64,000 nucleotides of DNA. It comes from Escherichia phage SR02. The DNA lies in sequence record OQ870566.1; one strand, given 5' to 3'. The notes under the pieces are model-generated. The model was not told the DNA's origin, did not search any database, and worked only from the letters and a program-made list of their open reading frames with translations. Positions 9,305 through 18,222 of this stretch are shown one piece after another (position 1 is the first letter of the stretch; the number at the start of each line of letters is the position of its first letter). The translations under genes and the position numbers were made by a program.

Positions 9305-9311
9305 TAATTAA

Positions 9312-9345
9312 AAGGCTGCCCAATCGGGTGGCCTTTGTTGTTTTA
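9312..9345 (+). terminator. rho-independent terminator (same family as 35472)
   Basis: AAGGCTGCCC-AATC-GGGTGGCCTT + TGTTGTTTT. Confidence 0.55.
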
Positions 9346-9443
9346 GGTAAATCACCTTTAATTGCTTTTCCCATCTGCATTCCACATGAATGAGTGCAGC
9401 AGTGATTGGGGTGGTTTACCTAAACTAACAAGAGGAAGCTAAA

Positions 9444-9620
9444 ATGTCTAAGCAAACAATCAAACATACGCAAGCTGGTTACTCTTATGTTAACTCTCCT
9501 TGCTGTGGTGCTCGTGTTAATCTGGTTAAAGAAGAGGTTCGTATCGTTCAGCGTGGCGCTACTGTTGTTCGTTCATGTTGCGTCTGTGGTAATGATATTT
9601 TTATTAAAGGTAAAGTATGA
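9444..9620 (+). CDS. 58-aa Cys-rich (zinc-ribbon-like) protein
   Basis: Strong AGAGGAAG RBS; CC..CCVC motifs. Confidence 0.5.
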   Translation: MSKQTIKHTQAGYSYVNSPCCGARVNLVKEEVRIVQRGATVVRSCCVCGNDIFIKGKV

Positions 9621-9868
9621 AAAACTTTCAAGCTGCACCAATCACTAAAGTGATCGAAGTTGACGGTGTAATGATGACTGTTCCTCTGAACACTCGTTAC
9701 ATTGCAATTGACAAGATGGGCTATGTATGGGCTTGGAAGATCAAGCCTAGTTATAACGCACTGTTTGATGAGTTTGTTTGTACTGGTACTTACAGTCCTA
9801 CATTCTTGGGTTTATTTGGAGAGTTTGATGGTAAGCATAAAATCATCACTCTCCCTGCTTGTGCTTGA
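9617..9868 (+). CDS. hypothetical protein
   Basis: ATGA overlap with upstream ORF. Confidence 0.5.
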   Translation: MKNFQAAPITKVIEVDGVMMTVPLNTRYIAIDKMGYVWAWKIKPSYNALFDEFVCTGTYSPTFLGLFGEFDGKHKIITLPACA

Positions 9869-9875
9869 GGTTATT

Positions 9876-10040
9876 ATGTTCAAGTGGTTTAAACGTTTCT
9901 TCCATCTCCATGATTGGGAGACAATAAAAGAAATTCGTTTACACATACATAATGAGATTGGTCAAATAGAAGACACAGGTACTCGTTATATACTTCGATG
10001 TAAAACATGTGGTCATATCACCAAGCGAGATATGATCTAA
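9876..10040 (+). CDS. hypothetical small protein with CxxC
   Basis: TGAGGTTATTATG initiation context shared with 11007. Confidence 0.4.
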   Translation: MFKWFKRFFHLHDWETIKEIRLHIHNEIGQIEDTGTRYILRCKTCGHITKRDMI

Positions 10041-10048
10041 ATAATTCT

Positions 10049-10124
10049 GCGCTCTTAGCTCAATGGATAGAGCAGTAGCCTTCTAAGCTATTGGTTACAG
10101 GTTCGAGTCCTGTAGGGCGCACCA
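10049..10124 (+). tRNA. tRNA-Arg(TCT): tRNA-Arg (anticodon TCT)
   Basis: Hand-folded cloverleaf: acceptor GCGCTCT/AGGGCGC, D-arm GCTC/GAGC, anticodon loop CTTCTAA, T-arm ACAGG-TTCGAGT-CCTGT, encoded CCA. Confidence 0.85.
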
Positions 10125-10129
10125 CATTT

Positions 10130-10245
10130 AGGGCTAGTATGGGTGCGGCACCAGAGTTAGTGTATCCCTGTTGAGGCGAGTGCTTTTATAACAGTGGGAA
10201 TTACTTTCTTAGTGAGCTTCTGGTTCGATTCCAGATAGTCCACCA
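10130..10245 (+). other. tRNA-like fragment (canonical T-arm plus 3' acceptor half) without a foldable 5' half
   Basis: TCTGG-TTCGATT-CCAGA followed by TAGTCCA-C; no matching 5' acceptor strand within tRNA distance. Confidence 0.2.
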
Positions 10246-10263
10246 AATTAAGTGAGAGGTATC

Positions 10264-10440
10264 ATGGGTAATAAACTTTTAGTTATCTCCATAACTGAAG
10301 TCAATCAAAAACTACAATCAAAAGTTAGAACCCTAGTCTTCTTAGATGAGGAAGAAGGTAGGGATTTTATTGAGAATTCCGGCAAAACAATAATCTCTGT
10401 TGAACTGGCCGAGGTTATGTGCTCTTACAAAGCTTTCTAG
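10264..10440 (+). CDS. hypothetical small protein
   Basis: ATG with GAGAGGT RBS. Confidence 0.4.
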   Translation: MGNKLLVISITEVNQKLQSKVRTLVFLDEEEGRDFIENSGKTIISVELAEVMCSYKAF

Positions 10441-10449
10441 GAGGTAATT

Positions 10450-10749
10450 ATGAGTTGGGGTGGTGTAATATCCTTAATCTGTATCTTCCTTGTCTGTATA
10501 GCCCTTACAGGCTGCGTACAGAGTCGTCCTGATGGATGGTGTGCAGTAGCAGTGGAAGGTGTTTGTGTTTCTCGCTGGCATAAAGGTAAGAAGGTTCCTT
10601 CTGGTGAAATTGATATGCGCTGGAACGGAGCAACCTGCTCTAATGCTAACCCTTCTATCAACGAAGAGAAATCTACACCGGATAATGTTGTGATTGATAC
10701 AGCGTTGTGGTGTGGTGGCTCTGTAACAACAACCGGTAAGGAGTGGTAA
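10450..10749 (+). CDS. lipoprotein (candidate superinfection-exclusion type)
   Basis: AGGAGG RBS; signal peptide with lipobox ALTG-C. Confidence 0.6.
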   Translation: MSWGGVISLICIFLVCIALTGCVQSRPDGWCAVAVEGVCVSRWHKGKKVPSGEIDMRWNGATCSNANPSINEEKSTPDNVVIDTALWCGGSVTTTGKEW

Positions 10750-10750
10750 T

Positions 10751-10999
10751 ATGACAGCTCATTATTGGAATACAAAGAAGCTTCTTGAAGAGATGGCTGG
10801 GGGTAGTAGAGTACAGCTAATCTCTATGCTTCGAATGGATGCTCGCTCTTTACGTTTTCAAGTAAAGATTGGTAACTTTAGTGATGGTCTTTATTACACA
10901 CTGAAGGAAAGAATTAAGAAGACTCACTTTATTATGTACGGAATCAAACCGAGAACGTATGTTAACTACATGTATTGGGATACATGCTACGATAATTGA
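10751..10999 (+). CDS. hypothetical protein
   Basis: AAGGAG RBS. Confidence 0.5.
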   Translation: MTAHYWNTKKLLEEMAGGSRVQLISMLRMDARSLRFQVKIGNFSDGLYYTLKERIKKTHFIMYGIKPRTYVNYMYWDTCYDN

Positions 11000-11006
11000 G
11001 GTTATT

Positions 11007-11228
11007 ATGTTATTTGAAGCTAAGCAAACATTACCAGTAGTTCCTTTGTCTACACTTCTTAGTGGGAGTGCTTTTAGACATGATAATGGTTTTTGGATTA
11101 AGGGCGACCAAGAGGTTGGAGGATATATTACCTGCATCAACATCTGCAACGGCGTTGTTGACGGATTTCGTCCAGCCGCTGAAGTCACTCCTCAATCCAA
11201 CGCAAAGGTTGTAGGTTTGGTATATTAA
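11007..11228 (+). CDS. hypothetical protein
   Basis: GAGGTTATTATG initiation context. Confidence 0.45.
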   Translation: MLFEAKQTLPVVPLSTLLSGSAFRHDNGFWIKGDQEVGGYITCINICNGVVDGFRPAAEVTPQSNAKVVGLVY

Positions 11229-11237
11229 GGAGTTCAT

Positions 11238-11411
11238 ATGAGCTGTTTTGGTGGCGGTGAAGTAGATGACGATGATGACATGGAATCCAACGGTACATGT
11301 CCTGATTGTGGGTGTGAGACATGGGATGGGGTGTCTGTCTATCCTGTCTGTAGTTACTCACCAGTGATTTGTAAAACATGTGGAGATCAACCTTGTGATC
11401 AGTCCTGTTAG
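11238..11411 (+). CDS. 57-aa acidic Cys-rich protein
   Basis: AAGGAG RBS; CPDCGC, CKTCGDQPC motifs. Confidence 0.45.
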   Translation: MSCFGGGEVDDDDDMESNGTCPDCGCETWDGVSVYPVCSYSPVICKTCGDQPCDQSC

Positions 11412-11412
11412 T

Positions 11413-11628
11413 ATGTTAATTGTTTACCTGATAGGTGTGGTGTTATCAGGTGTGTTTGTTAAGGTTGTTGATATTAAAGATGATCAAGTCTTCAGACATT
11501 GGAGCGGATATCCAAACCTCAGCAAAATAGCAATTGTCCTTTTCTTGTGGCCTATCATTGTTGCGTTGCTTATAATTATAGGACTTTGGACTTTGCTATG
11601 GGAGTTAATTCTTCCTGTCAAAAAGTAA
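11413..11628 (+). CDS. small two-TM membrane protein
   Basis: Hydrophobic segments; start overlaps upstream stop. Confidence 0.4.
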   Translation: MLIVYLIGVVLSGVFVKVVDIKDDQVFRHWSGYPNLSKIAIVLFLWPIIVALLIIIGLWTLLWELILPVKK

Positions 11629-11987
11629 GAGCTTATCGTGAAGGATTCTTACGAGAGTCCTTTGAGATAGGACTTCAGATCTCCTATCAAACTAACATTC
11701 ATGTAACTAGCCCATAAGGGCGTTACCCTTTAATAACCCAGCCCACTAAGGGGGCGGGAGTTTAGTGCTGGATTGGCTTTACGCTTATTCCTACAAAGGC
11801 AACCGATTGTTAGATCTTACATGCAACATTAATTAATAGGATAAGGGAGGATTCGTCCCCTCCCCCTATTCATAAACTATTAGGAGAGTACATTAGCTGA
11901 TTAGCTGTAGAAGGTAGGCCGATATCTACAGCGTGGCCCAGAGCTAGTGTGCTCCCCTGATAGTTTTAACATTTAATTGGAGGATGT

Positions 11988-12299
11988 ATGAAAGCACGAA
12001 GAACTATATGGACTCCGATGCAGATTGAAAATCTTCGGAGACTAATCAAAGAGTACTCGGTTCAAGAAGTTGCTCAGATTATGAATGTAACGGAGAATGC
12101 AGTTAATACAGCTTGCACTAAGTTCGGAATATCAAGAGCTGTAATCCGAGTTAAGTGGTCTAAAGAAGAGGACCAGTTCCTTATCCGTAATGCTGGGTTC
12201 ATGTCTATTCAGAGAATGGCTGACATGCTCGGTAGAAGTTATGCTGCTGTACAGAACAGGGCATGTATGCACCTTAACATTAGCCTCAAACTTAAATAG
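11988..12299 (+). CDS. DNA-binding protein with two tandem HTH (Myb/SANT-like) repeats
   Basis: Repeated W-x-x-E-x-x-L ... A-V-x-x-A motif twice; GGAGG RBS. Confidence 0.5.
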   Translation: MKARRTIWTPMQIENLRRLIKEYSVQEVAQIMNVTENAVNTACTKFGISRAVIRVKWSKEEDQFLIRNAGFMSIQRMADMLGRSYAAVQNRACMHLNISLKLK

Positions 12300-12307
12300 G
12301 AATCAAT

Positions 12308-12562
12308 ATGAAAGTTAACGAATTGAACAAAACTACCAAGACAGTGAAACTGCACACTCTGAAAAAGGGTGATACATTCCGTTTAGAGGAGAATGGACCA
12401 ATCCACATGGTCTGCACTGCTGAATCTACTAATTGGGTGGAAGTTGCACGAGATCGAGTAGTGTGTGTCAGGCTGGAAGATGGTAATCTGAGTGGTCCGG
12501 TCGAGGGTATTCCTGTTATCCCTGTTAAAGTTGAAGCTAACGTTATTAAGGGTTCTAAATGA
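12308..12562 (+). CDS. small protein, paralog family member
   Basis: LKKGDTFRL ... pattern; tandem with the next two. Confidence 0.5.
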   Translation: MKVNELNKTTKTVKLHTLKKGDTFRLEENGPIHMVCTAESTNWVEVARDRVVCVRLEDGNLSGPVEGIPVIPVKVEANVIKGSK

Positions 12563-12804
12563 AAATCATCCCTAAGAAAAAGGATAATACAGTAAAATTG
12601 GAAACAATTATTCCTGGAAATCCTTTCGTGGTTCAGAACGGAAGCGCCTCTCCTCAGTATTACATGAGGGTTGAAAATGCTTCTTGTAACATCCGTATAG
12701 CCAGTGGTTGGGTTCCTGTGGTAAACCTTTCCACAGGTGTACTATCTGTTAAAGGTCTTGACGATCAGGTAGAAATGATTCGTATGTCAGTGGTTCAGGA
12801 GTAG
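12559..12804 (+). CDS. small protein, paralog family member
   Basis: IIPGNPFVV ... VNLSTGVL. Confidence 0.5.
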   Translation: MKIIPKKKDNTVKLETIIPGNPFVVQNGSASPQYYMRVENASCNIRIASGWVPVVNLSTGVLSVKGLDDQVEMIRMSVVQE

Positions 12805-13058
12805 TGCATATGAGCATTATTAACATTAAAGTTAAAGACAAAGAGGAAAAAATCCTCCGTGTCAGAGATCTAAATATGTCAGATGTGTTTACTCTCCAAG
12901 AGTGCCAGAATCAAAAGGTTTATATGATGACAGCTAAAAGCAGGGGTTGTCAACCTGCTGGAGCTGTTAACTTAGGCACTGGAGAACTGCGTGTCATCTC
13001 TGGTGATATGGTTGTTGGTGAGAAGTTTATTAAGGCTGAAATCATCTTAACTTCGTAG
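12804..13058 (+). CDS. small protein, paralog family member
   Basis: LNMSDVFTL ... VNLGTGEL. Confidence 0.5.
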   Translation: MHMSIINIKVKDKEEKILRVRDLNMSDVFTLQECQNQKVYMMTAKSRGCQPAGAVNLGTGELRVISGDMVVGEKFIKAEIILTS

Positions 13059-13066
13059 GAAAACAA

Positions 13067-13183
13067 ATGAGACGTAAAGCATATTCTTATGACGATATGA
13101 TTAACCAGAAAGGCTTCGGTCAACGACAGCCTGACGGTTCAATTATCTGGTTCGTAAACGGACAGAAAAAGGTAGCTAAATAA
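13067..13183 (+). CDS. hypothetical 38-aa peptide
   Basis: AGGA RBS; very small. Confidence 0.3.
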   Translation: MRRKAYSYDDMINQKGFGQRQPDGSIIWFVNGQKKVAK

Positions 13184-13289
13184 GCCCTCTTCTCTCCTCC
13201 TTTTAGTACTATGACGCCTCTCTGTGGGCGGCCCAATTTGCGTAGGGAATTCCCTCTACGCAGCCATGACTTTTTAAGGAATTTCCCAT

Positions 13290-13523
13290 ATGTCTAAAGT
13301 AAGCGCAATCAATGCAATCCGTCAACCGTTCCAGTTCCAATCCAAATCAACCCAAACCTTCAGTGAGCCTAAGCAGATTCGCTTGGGTGGCACGGAGAAA
13401 ACTGTGTTCGATCTGGCTAAAAACAAGAGCGTTACTGTAGTTGATGGTGGCACTCTGGTTAACGTTTCACATCGTATCCGTACTGGCAAAACTGCCAAAG
13501 ATCGTGCCAAGAAAGGTGAATGA
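13290..13523 (+). CDS. small protein, possible paralog family member
   Basis: AAGGAA RBS; VVDGGTLVNVS. Confidence 0.5.
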   Translation: MSKVSAINAIRQPFQFQSKSTQTFSEPKQIRLGGTEKTVFDLAKNKSVTVVDGGTLVNVSHRIRTGKTAKDRAKKGE

Positions 13524-13789
13524 TGAAAGTAAAAAGAGCAAATGCTCCAATACCAAAAAAGGTCAGGATTGATCAAACGAAACCAGGTGAAGTTGTTCGA
13601 TTTATTGATAGTGAAAAACTCTACCTTGTGAGTAAACTGACCAATTTAGCATCTATCAGTGTTAACGATCCACTGATGCCACAACTCGTATACATAACCA
13701 ATCTTGATACTGGTAATGTTATTGACCTACGACCAGATACTCAGGTTGTTAGAGTTAAAGCTGAATGTGAATACATTGAGGATGTATGA
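13520..13789 (+). CDS. small protein, paralog family member
   Basis: TKPGEVVRF ... TNLDTGNV. Confidence 0.5.
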   Translation: MMKVKRANAPIPKKVRIDQTKPGEVVRFIDSEKLYLVSKLTNLASISVNDPLMPQLVYITNLDTGNVIDLRPDTQVVRVKAECEYIEDV

Positions 13790-14253
13790 TGATCAAGATT
13801 AACAAGAACGGATGGTTGCATAAGTTCAACAAAACCATGTCAGGTTTACCCAACTCTCATTGGGATAATATGACTAACTTTTGCGAATACTTCTGGCGTA
13901 CAGTGATGCACTTCATTGCACTGACGCTGCTGTTAGGGGTTGTATACGCTGCACTGTCCATGATTGGTGGCTCTTTCCTTGGACATGAGAATTTTTTGTC
14001 ATTCAATTGGTGGACATGGTTCACTGCTCCTGCTCTTGGTGCCTTATCTTTGGCTGCTTTGGCTGGTGTAGTGTTTGGTGGTGGTTGGGCATTTTATGAA
14101 CTTCGTGGAATATACCGTGACCACCGAACTAGCACATATGAAACTCGTGCTGAAAAGAAACGACGTAAGAAAGAGCGTCGTGATTCAAACTGGATTGTTG
14201 TGATGTATCGTAGCAAGAAAGAGAAATACTGTCCTTCAGTTAGGGTAGAGTAA
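13786..14253 (+). CDS. membrane protein (multiple TM) with basic C-terminus
   Basis: Hydrophobic segments; KKRRKKERR tail. Confidence 0.55.
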   Translation: MMIKINKNGWLHKFNKTMSGLPNSHWDNMTNFCEYFWRTVMHFIALTLLLGVVYAALSMIGGSFLGHENFLSFNWWTWFTAPALGALSLAALAGVVFGGGWAFYELRGIYRDHRTSTYETRAEKKRRKKERRDSNWIVVMYRSKKEKYCPSVRVE

Positions 14254-14468
14254 TGATAACACTTGTGTCGATCGTTTATAGAATACACTATCGTCTAGAC
14301 AAAGGTAAAACCTATAAGTGCAAGAGTAAGACAGGCAATAGATGCTCTGTAGAAAACAACTCTGGTCAATGGGTGGATGTACCTTGTTGTTGGTTCAGGA
14401 AAGATTTGACTAACAAAGAAATTGACGAAATCCTTAGTGATGATTTTGTAAAATCAGGTGATTTTTAG
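14253..14468 (+). CDS. hypothetical small protein
   Basis: Overlap coupling. Confidence 0.45.
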   Translation: MITLVSIVYRIHYRLDKGKTYKCKSKTGNRCSVENNSGQWVDVPCCWFRKDLTNKEIDEILSDDFVKSGDF

Positions 14469-14659
14469 TTGTAGTAACGCCTATAGCCTTCTTCGGAGGG
14501 CTATGTGAGTTATTCTGACTCAACTAACCTAATCTTAATATATTTCCCGTATGGGGCCGATGCTAGGGCGAGGAATACTCCTCAAACATCCGTCGGATAG
14601 ATATTTTAAGAGCAGGTTATCCACAGATATTGGGTAATATCTTTTTGGATTTAAAGCTT

Positions 14660-14684
14660 GACTCTTTTCGGAGAGTCCTTTTTT
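14660..14684 (+). terminator. rho-independent terminator
   Basis: GACTCT-TTTCGG-AGAGTC + CTTTTTT. Confidence 0.5.
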
Positions 14685-14703
14685 AAATTCAATGAGAGGA
14701 AAT

Positions 14704-14856
14704 ATGTCTAAATTAGATTTAAAACTGCTAGCAGCAGCGGTAGTGATTTGTGCACTAGCACTGGTAACGCAGAGAACATCTGGATTTATTCAGTGTTTCT
14801 TTTCTGGGCAATCCACTTATCAGTGGGTTATTGACGAGTGTAAACAACAGGAGTAA
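14704..14856 (+). CDS. 50-aa secreted/membrane peptide
   Basis: GAGAGGAA RBS; N-terminal hydrophobic LLAAAVVICALALV. Confidence 0.4.
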   Translation: MSKLDLKLLAAAVVICALALVTQRTSGFIQCFFSGQSTYQWVIDECKQQE

Positions 14857-14858
14857 GT

Positions 14859-15221
14859 ATGAATACACGTCCCATCAAGGGCAACGTTAATATTGAAACT
14901 CTGAACAAGGTTGCATCAAACCTCGGTGGAATGTCCAACGATGAGCTTGAGCAAGAACTTGCTTGGATTGCAAATGGTATCAAAGTTGCTAAAGGTAAGA
15001 TTACTCGTGAGCAAAGCAACATGAAAGCTCACAAGTATATCATCCGTCGTGCAAATGTGTTACCAGAGCGGGTTGTACATCTTGCCCGTAAAAACTATGC
15101 AGAAGCAAAGAAAGCTCTGGAAGAAGCTACTTTCCAGAAGCATCAATTTATGAACAACTATAGAAACTTCCGAGATATTCTTTATATCCGTAAGTCGATT
15201 GAGTTGATTAAAAACCAATAG
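14859..15221 (+). CDS. hypothetical protein
   Basis: CAGGAG RBS. Confidence 0.5.
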   Translation: MNTRPIKGNVNIETLNKVASNLGGMSNDELEQELAWIANGIKVAKGKITREQSNMKAHKYIIRRANVLPERVVHLARKNYAEAKKALEEATFQKHQFMNNYRNFRDILYIRKSIELIKNQ

Positions 15222-15232
15222 AGGTTGGTATA

Positions 15233-16432
15233 ATGTTTCCAGTAACATTAGAAGATACTGAAGGTAATGTTTTAACGGTCAACCCTCCTTGTTATGGGTT
15301 CCTTCAGCTTCGCAACTATAACGGTGGCGTTGATGAAGACGATGACGAATATGATGACTACTTCGACCCTAACATGTATGAGGCAACTCATGGGTGGAAT
15401 ATGCACGTTCGAGTGTGGCATGAAGAAGCTAACGTTCGTAGTGCTGATGGGGAAGAGTTCCTGTTAAGCCGAGAGATGGATATGTGTAAAATCAAGCATA
15501 TCTGGAACTCTGGAACTCATATGAAGATGTTAGGTTTTAGACGTTGGCGTGATGAAAAGCATGTAGCTGAAGCTTTAAGTTGGTGTTCGTATGAAGATGA
15601 AGACACACCTCCCAAGAATAACATTGAACGTTGGAACGACAAAAACCCTGAACATCGAACCACACCTCGTGCTGTACTGGAAGCTATGGAAGCATTTGTG
15701 GACAAAGGTCGTCCCTCCTGTTTACGCTGGCACGATAAAGGTTTTATGGGGGTAGCAACTGAGAACATTCCTGCTGATCGTTGTCTGTTCTATTTAATGT
15801 TAGACCGAACCTTCTATTGTGAAGATGAAGAGAGTCAAGTTGAAACCTTCCTTCATAAATGGTTGGTTGAGGGCTGGACAATCCTTCAGGCTTATGTTTA
15901 CTCACGAATGGTTAGCACTTACACTAACCTCTTAGGGGAAACGAAAGCAACTCTGGTTGGTAATGATTGGGATGCTTGTATTTTCCCAGCGTCACTGTTT
16001 ACAGTCGGCATGGCTGATAAATACGCTGAAGCATTTCAAGTTCCTTGGCGTCAACAGTCATATAGAGATGGGTGTGGTCATTTCCGTGATGAAGATTTTA
16101 AGTGGATTCATTATGAGAATGATGAAACAGCAGAGTTACGAGTGAACAACTCAATGTTCTTGCCGGTTATGCACCCTGATCTAGTAAAAGATGAGTCAGA
16201 AATACTCAAAGGTGACAACCTTCTGGTTACCTTTGCTCGTCGGGTATCTAAAGATGAAAGAACAGCTGACAGATTAGTCTACGCTTATCGCGCTGAGACT
16301 AAAGATATGTTCAACATCTACAACATTATTCAGCGATTTAGTAGTGGAACTCTGGACCAAAGTTCGGAGTATTCAGTGATTCCATCCTCTGAGTGGGATG
16401 GTATTATGAGCGGATTATTTTTAGGAAAATAA
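15233..16432 (+). CDS. hypothetical protein (first gene of amidoligase cluster)
   Basis: AGAGG RBS; 399 aa; no motif recognised. Confidence 0.6.
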   Translation: MFPVTLEDTEGNVLTVNPPCYGFLQLRNYNGGVDEDDDEYDDYFDPNMYEATHGWNMHVRVWHEEANVRSADGEEFLLSREMDMCKIKHIWNSGTHMKMLGFRRWRDEKHVAEALSWCSYEDEDTPPKNNIERWNDKNPEHRTTPRAVLEAMEAFVDKGRPSCLRWHDKGFMGVATENIPADRCLFYLMLDRTFYCEDEESQVETFLHKWLVEGWTILQAYVYSRMVSTYTNLLGETKATLVGNDWDACIFPASLFTVGMADKYAEAFQVPWRQQSYRDGCGHFRDEDFKWIHYENDETAELRVNNSMFLPVMHPDLVKDESEILKGDNLLVTFARRVSKDERTADRLVYAYRAETKDMFNIYNIIQRFSSGTLDQSSEYSVIPSSEWDGIMSGLFLGK

Positions 16433-16442
16433 AAGGTTAGTT

Positions 16443-17414
16443 ATGTCAATCTCCACAACGATCGTACCTCTGAATCTTCAACAAGATTTAGGGGAACAGA
16501 AGTTCTTAGGTCGTGGGTGCTTCGGTATCCACAACTACATGCAAGGCCAGTGTGTAAATGATATTAATGGTGAAGTTATAACTGAAGAGGGGCGTTATAG
16601 ACGCTTCAACCGTGATATCAACTTGCAATTGGAGATGTTGAATTACTGGACTCACTCTTTTCACGGTCATATTGCATCTGATATTGAAAAGAACTTGGTT
16701 GAAACAGCAGACATTATGAACTCTATGTCTTGCTATCGTGATGTATTTACGATCACTTCAGCGAATAGTGTTGCTGTCAACCTTCGTGAGCATCCAGCAG
16801 ATCAGATCTTCACAGGACTTATGCTCTTCCGTAGTATTCTGGAAGGGCAATATCGTGGAATGGATTTCCTAGCAGAAGGAATTGAAGACAGGGAAGAGTG
16901 GCTGAAGCGTAAACGCATCGGCATCGCTCTAGTGTTAGCTGGGTTGGGTCGTGACTTCTTCGGTGGATGGTCTCAACGAGGAAGAGCCAATGGGAGTAGT
17001 GAGAGCACCTCTATTGTTATTAACAACAATATGTCAGCAGCAGCATTCCTTCCTTTGGTTGTAGACTCTGATGAATACACGAAGCAAGTGTGGGTTCAAA
17101 ACCCCTTCGGTGTTGGCGACAACGAGAATGGTTATGTTCGTAACCATAACCAAGATGCCTTACGAAGATTTGCTCGTGCTAAAGATCAAGACCCGGACGA
17201 GTATGAAACAATGTCAGAGTGGTTAAGACTCTGGTCCAACTGTTATGGTCACAAACGTGAAGCAATAGACGACAAGTTGGGAAACATTACAGTACAAAAC
17301 TTTACAGCCCGACTAATTCAGCGTACTGGTCCAAGCTCTGGCCTTACTACTGAAGAAGTTGGTAACACAATCTCATCTCTCTTTTCTGAACTAGTGGAGT
17401 ATTACAATGACTAA
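16443..17414 (+). CDS. hypothetical protein
   Basis: 323 aa; tightly packed with neighbours. Confidence 0.6.
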   Translation: MSISTTIVPLNLQQDLGEQKFLGRGCFGIHNYMQGQCVNDINGEVITEEGRYRRFNRDINLQLEMLNYWTHSFHGHIASDIEKNLVETADIMNSMSCYRDVFTITSANSVAVNLREHPADQIFTGLMLFRSILEGQYRGMDFLAEGIEDREEWLKRKRIGIALVLAGLGRDFFGGWSQRGRANGSSESTSIVINNNMSAAAFLPLVVDSDEYTKQVWVQNPFGVGDNENGYVRNHNQDALRRFARAKDQDPDEYETMSEWLRLWSNCYGHKREAIDDKLGNITVQNFTARLIQRTGPSSGLTTEEVGNTISSLFSELVEYYND

Positions 17415-18213
17415 GCGCAAATTCCTTATCGGCTCTGACCCTGAAATGTTTGTTCGTACCAGCAATGGTATTATCACCTCTGTGGCTGGTCTGTTAGGCT
17501 GTTCTAAGGACGATAAGATCACTCTGGCTAAGGATGTTCGTCTTCAAGAGGACAACGTACTGGCTGAGTTTGATATTGACCCACAGAGCGGCTTTGAGGC
17601 GTTTAACGATAACATGCAACGTGGTATCGATCTCACCAACAATGTCCTGAACAAACTGGACATGGAAACAGCTCCGGGTGTTAGCTCTCACATCTTCACT
17701 GAAGAAGAGATGAAGACTTTCAACGAATCAGCGTTCATCTTCGGGTGTACTCCTGATTTCAACGCTTTCACTGGTCAGAAGAATCCATCCCCGACTTCTC
17801 AGAATAAAGGGCTTCGTACTGCCGGTGGTCACGTACATCTCGGCGTAGTTGGTGCTTTGGATATTACTTTGCAAACTCAGATGATGCTGGGTGTGCTGTG
17901 TGACTACTTCCTGTCCCTCCCAGCAGTTATTATGGATAAAGATACTCGCCGTAAAGAACTGTACGGCAAAGCTTCTGCAATCCGTTATAAAGACTATGGT
18001 ATTGAATACCGTTCACTGTCTAACTTCTGGATTAGTGATCGTGAAAACCGTAAGTTTGTTTACGATCAGGTTGACAAGGTTGTTCAGCAGTGTGATATGT
18101 CCACTCTGATGGCATTGCACTCTCGCCTTCCGATTGAGAAGCTTCATGAAATCATTAACGGCAACAACGTTAAAGAAGCGGACCAGCAGATCAAACTCCT
18201 TCAGGTAGCATAA
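17407..18213 (+). CDS. amidoligase-like protein (divergent GS-like COOH-NH2 ligase paralog)
   Basis: GSDPEMF and GGHVHLG motifs resemble the amidoligase core; divergent. Confidence 0.45.
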   Translation: MTKRKFLIGSDPEMFVRTSNGIITSVAGLLGCSKDDKITLAKDVRLQEDNVLAEFDIDPQSGFEAFNDNMQRGIDLTNNVLNKLDMETAPGVSSHIFTEEEMKTFNESAFIFGCTPDFNAFTGQKNPSPTSQNKGLRTAGGHVHLGVVGALDITLQTQMMLGVLCDYFLSLPAVIMDKDTRRKELYGKASAIRYKDYGIEYRSLSNFWISDRENRKFVYDQVDKVVQQCDMSTLMALHSRLPIEKLHEIINGNNVKEADQQIKLLQVA

Positions 18214-18222
18214 GAGGTTATC

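Noticed and set aside
10130-10245. Second complete tRNA gene
   Set aside because: Only the T-arm and 3' acceptor half are canonical; no 5' acceptor or D-arm pairing found by hand, so kept only as a tRNA-like fragment
14648-14690. sigma70 promoter reading TTGACT...TTTTAA
   Set aside because: Poor -10; the sequence is better explained as a GACTCT/AGAGTC hairpin plus U-tract terminator
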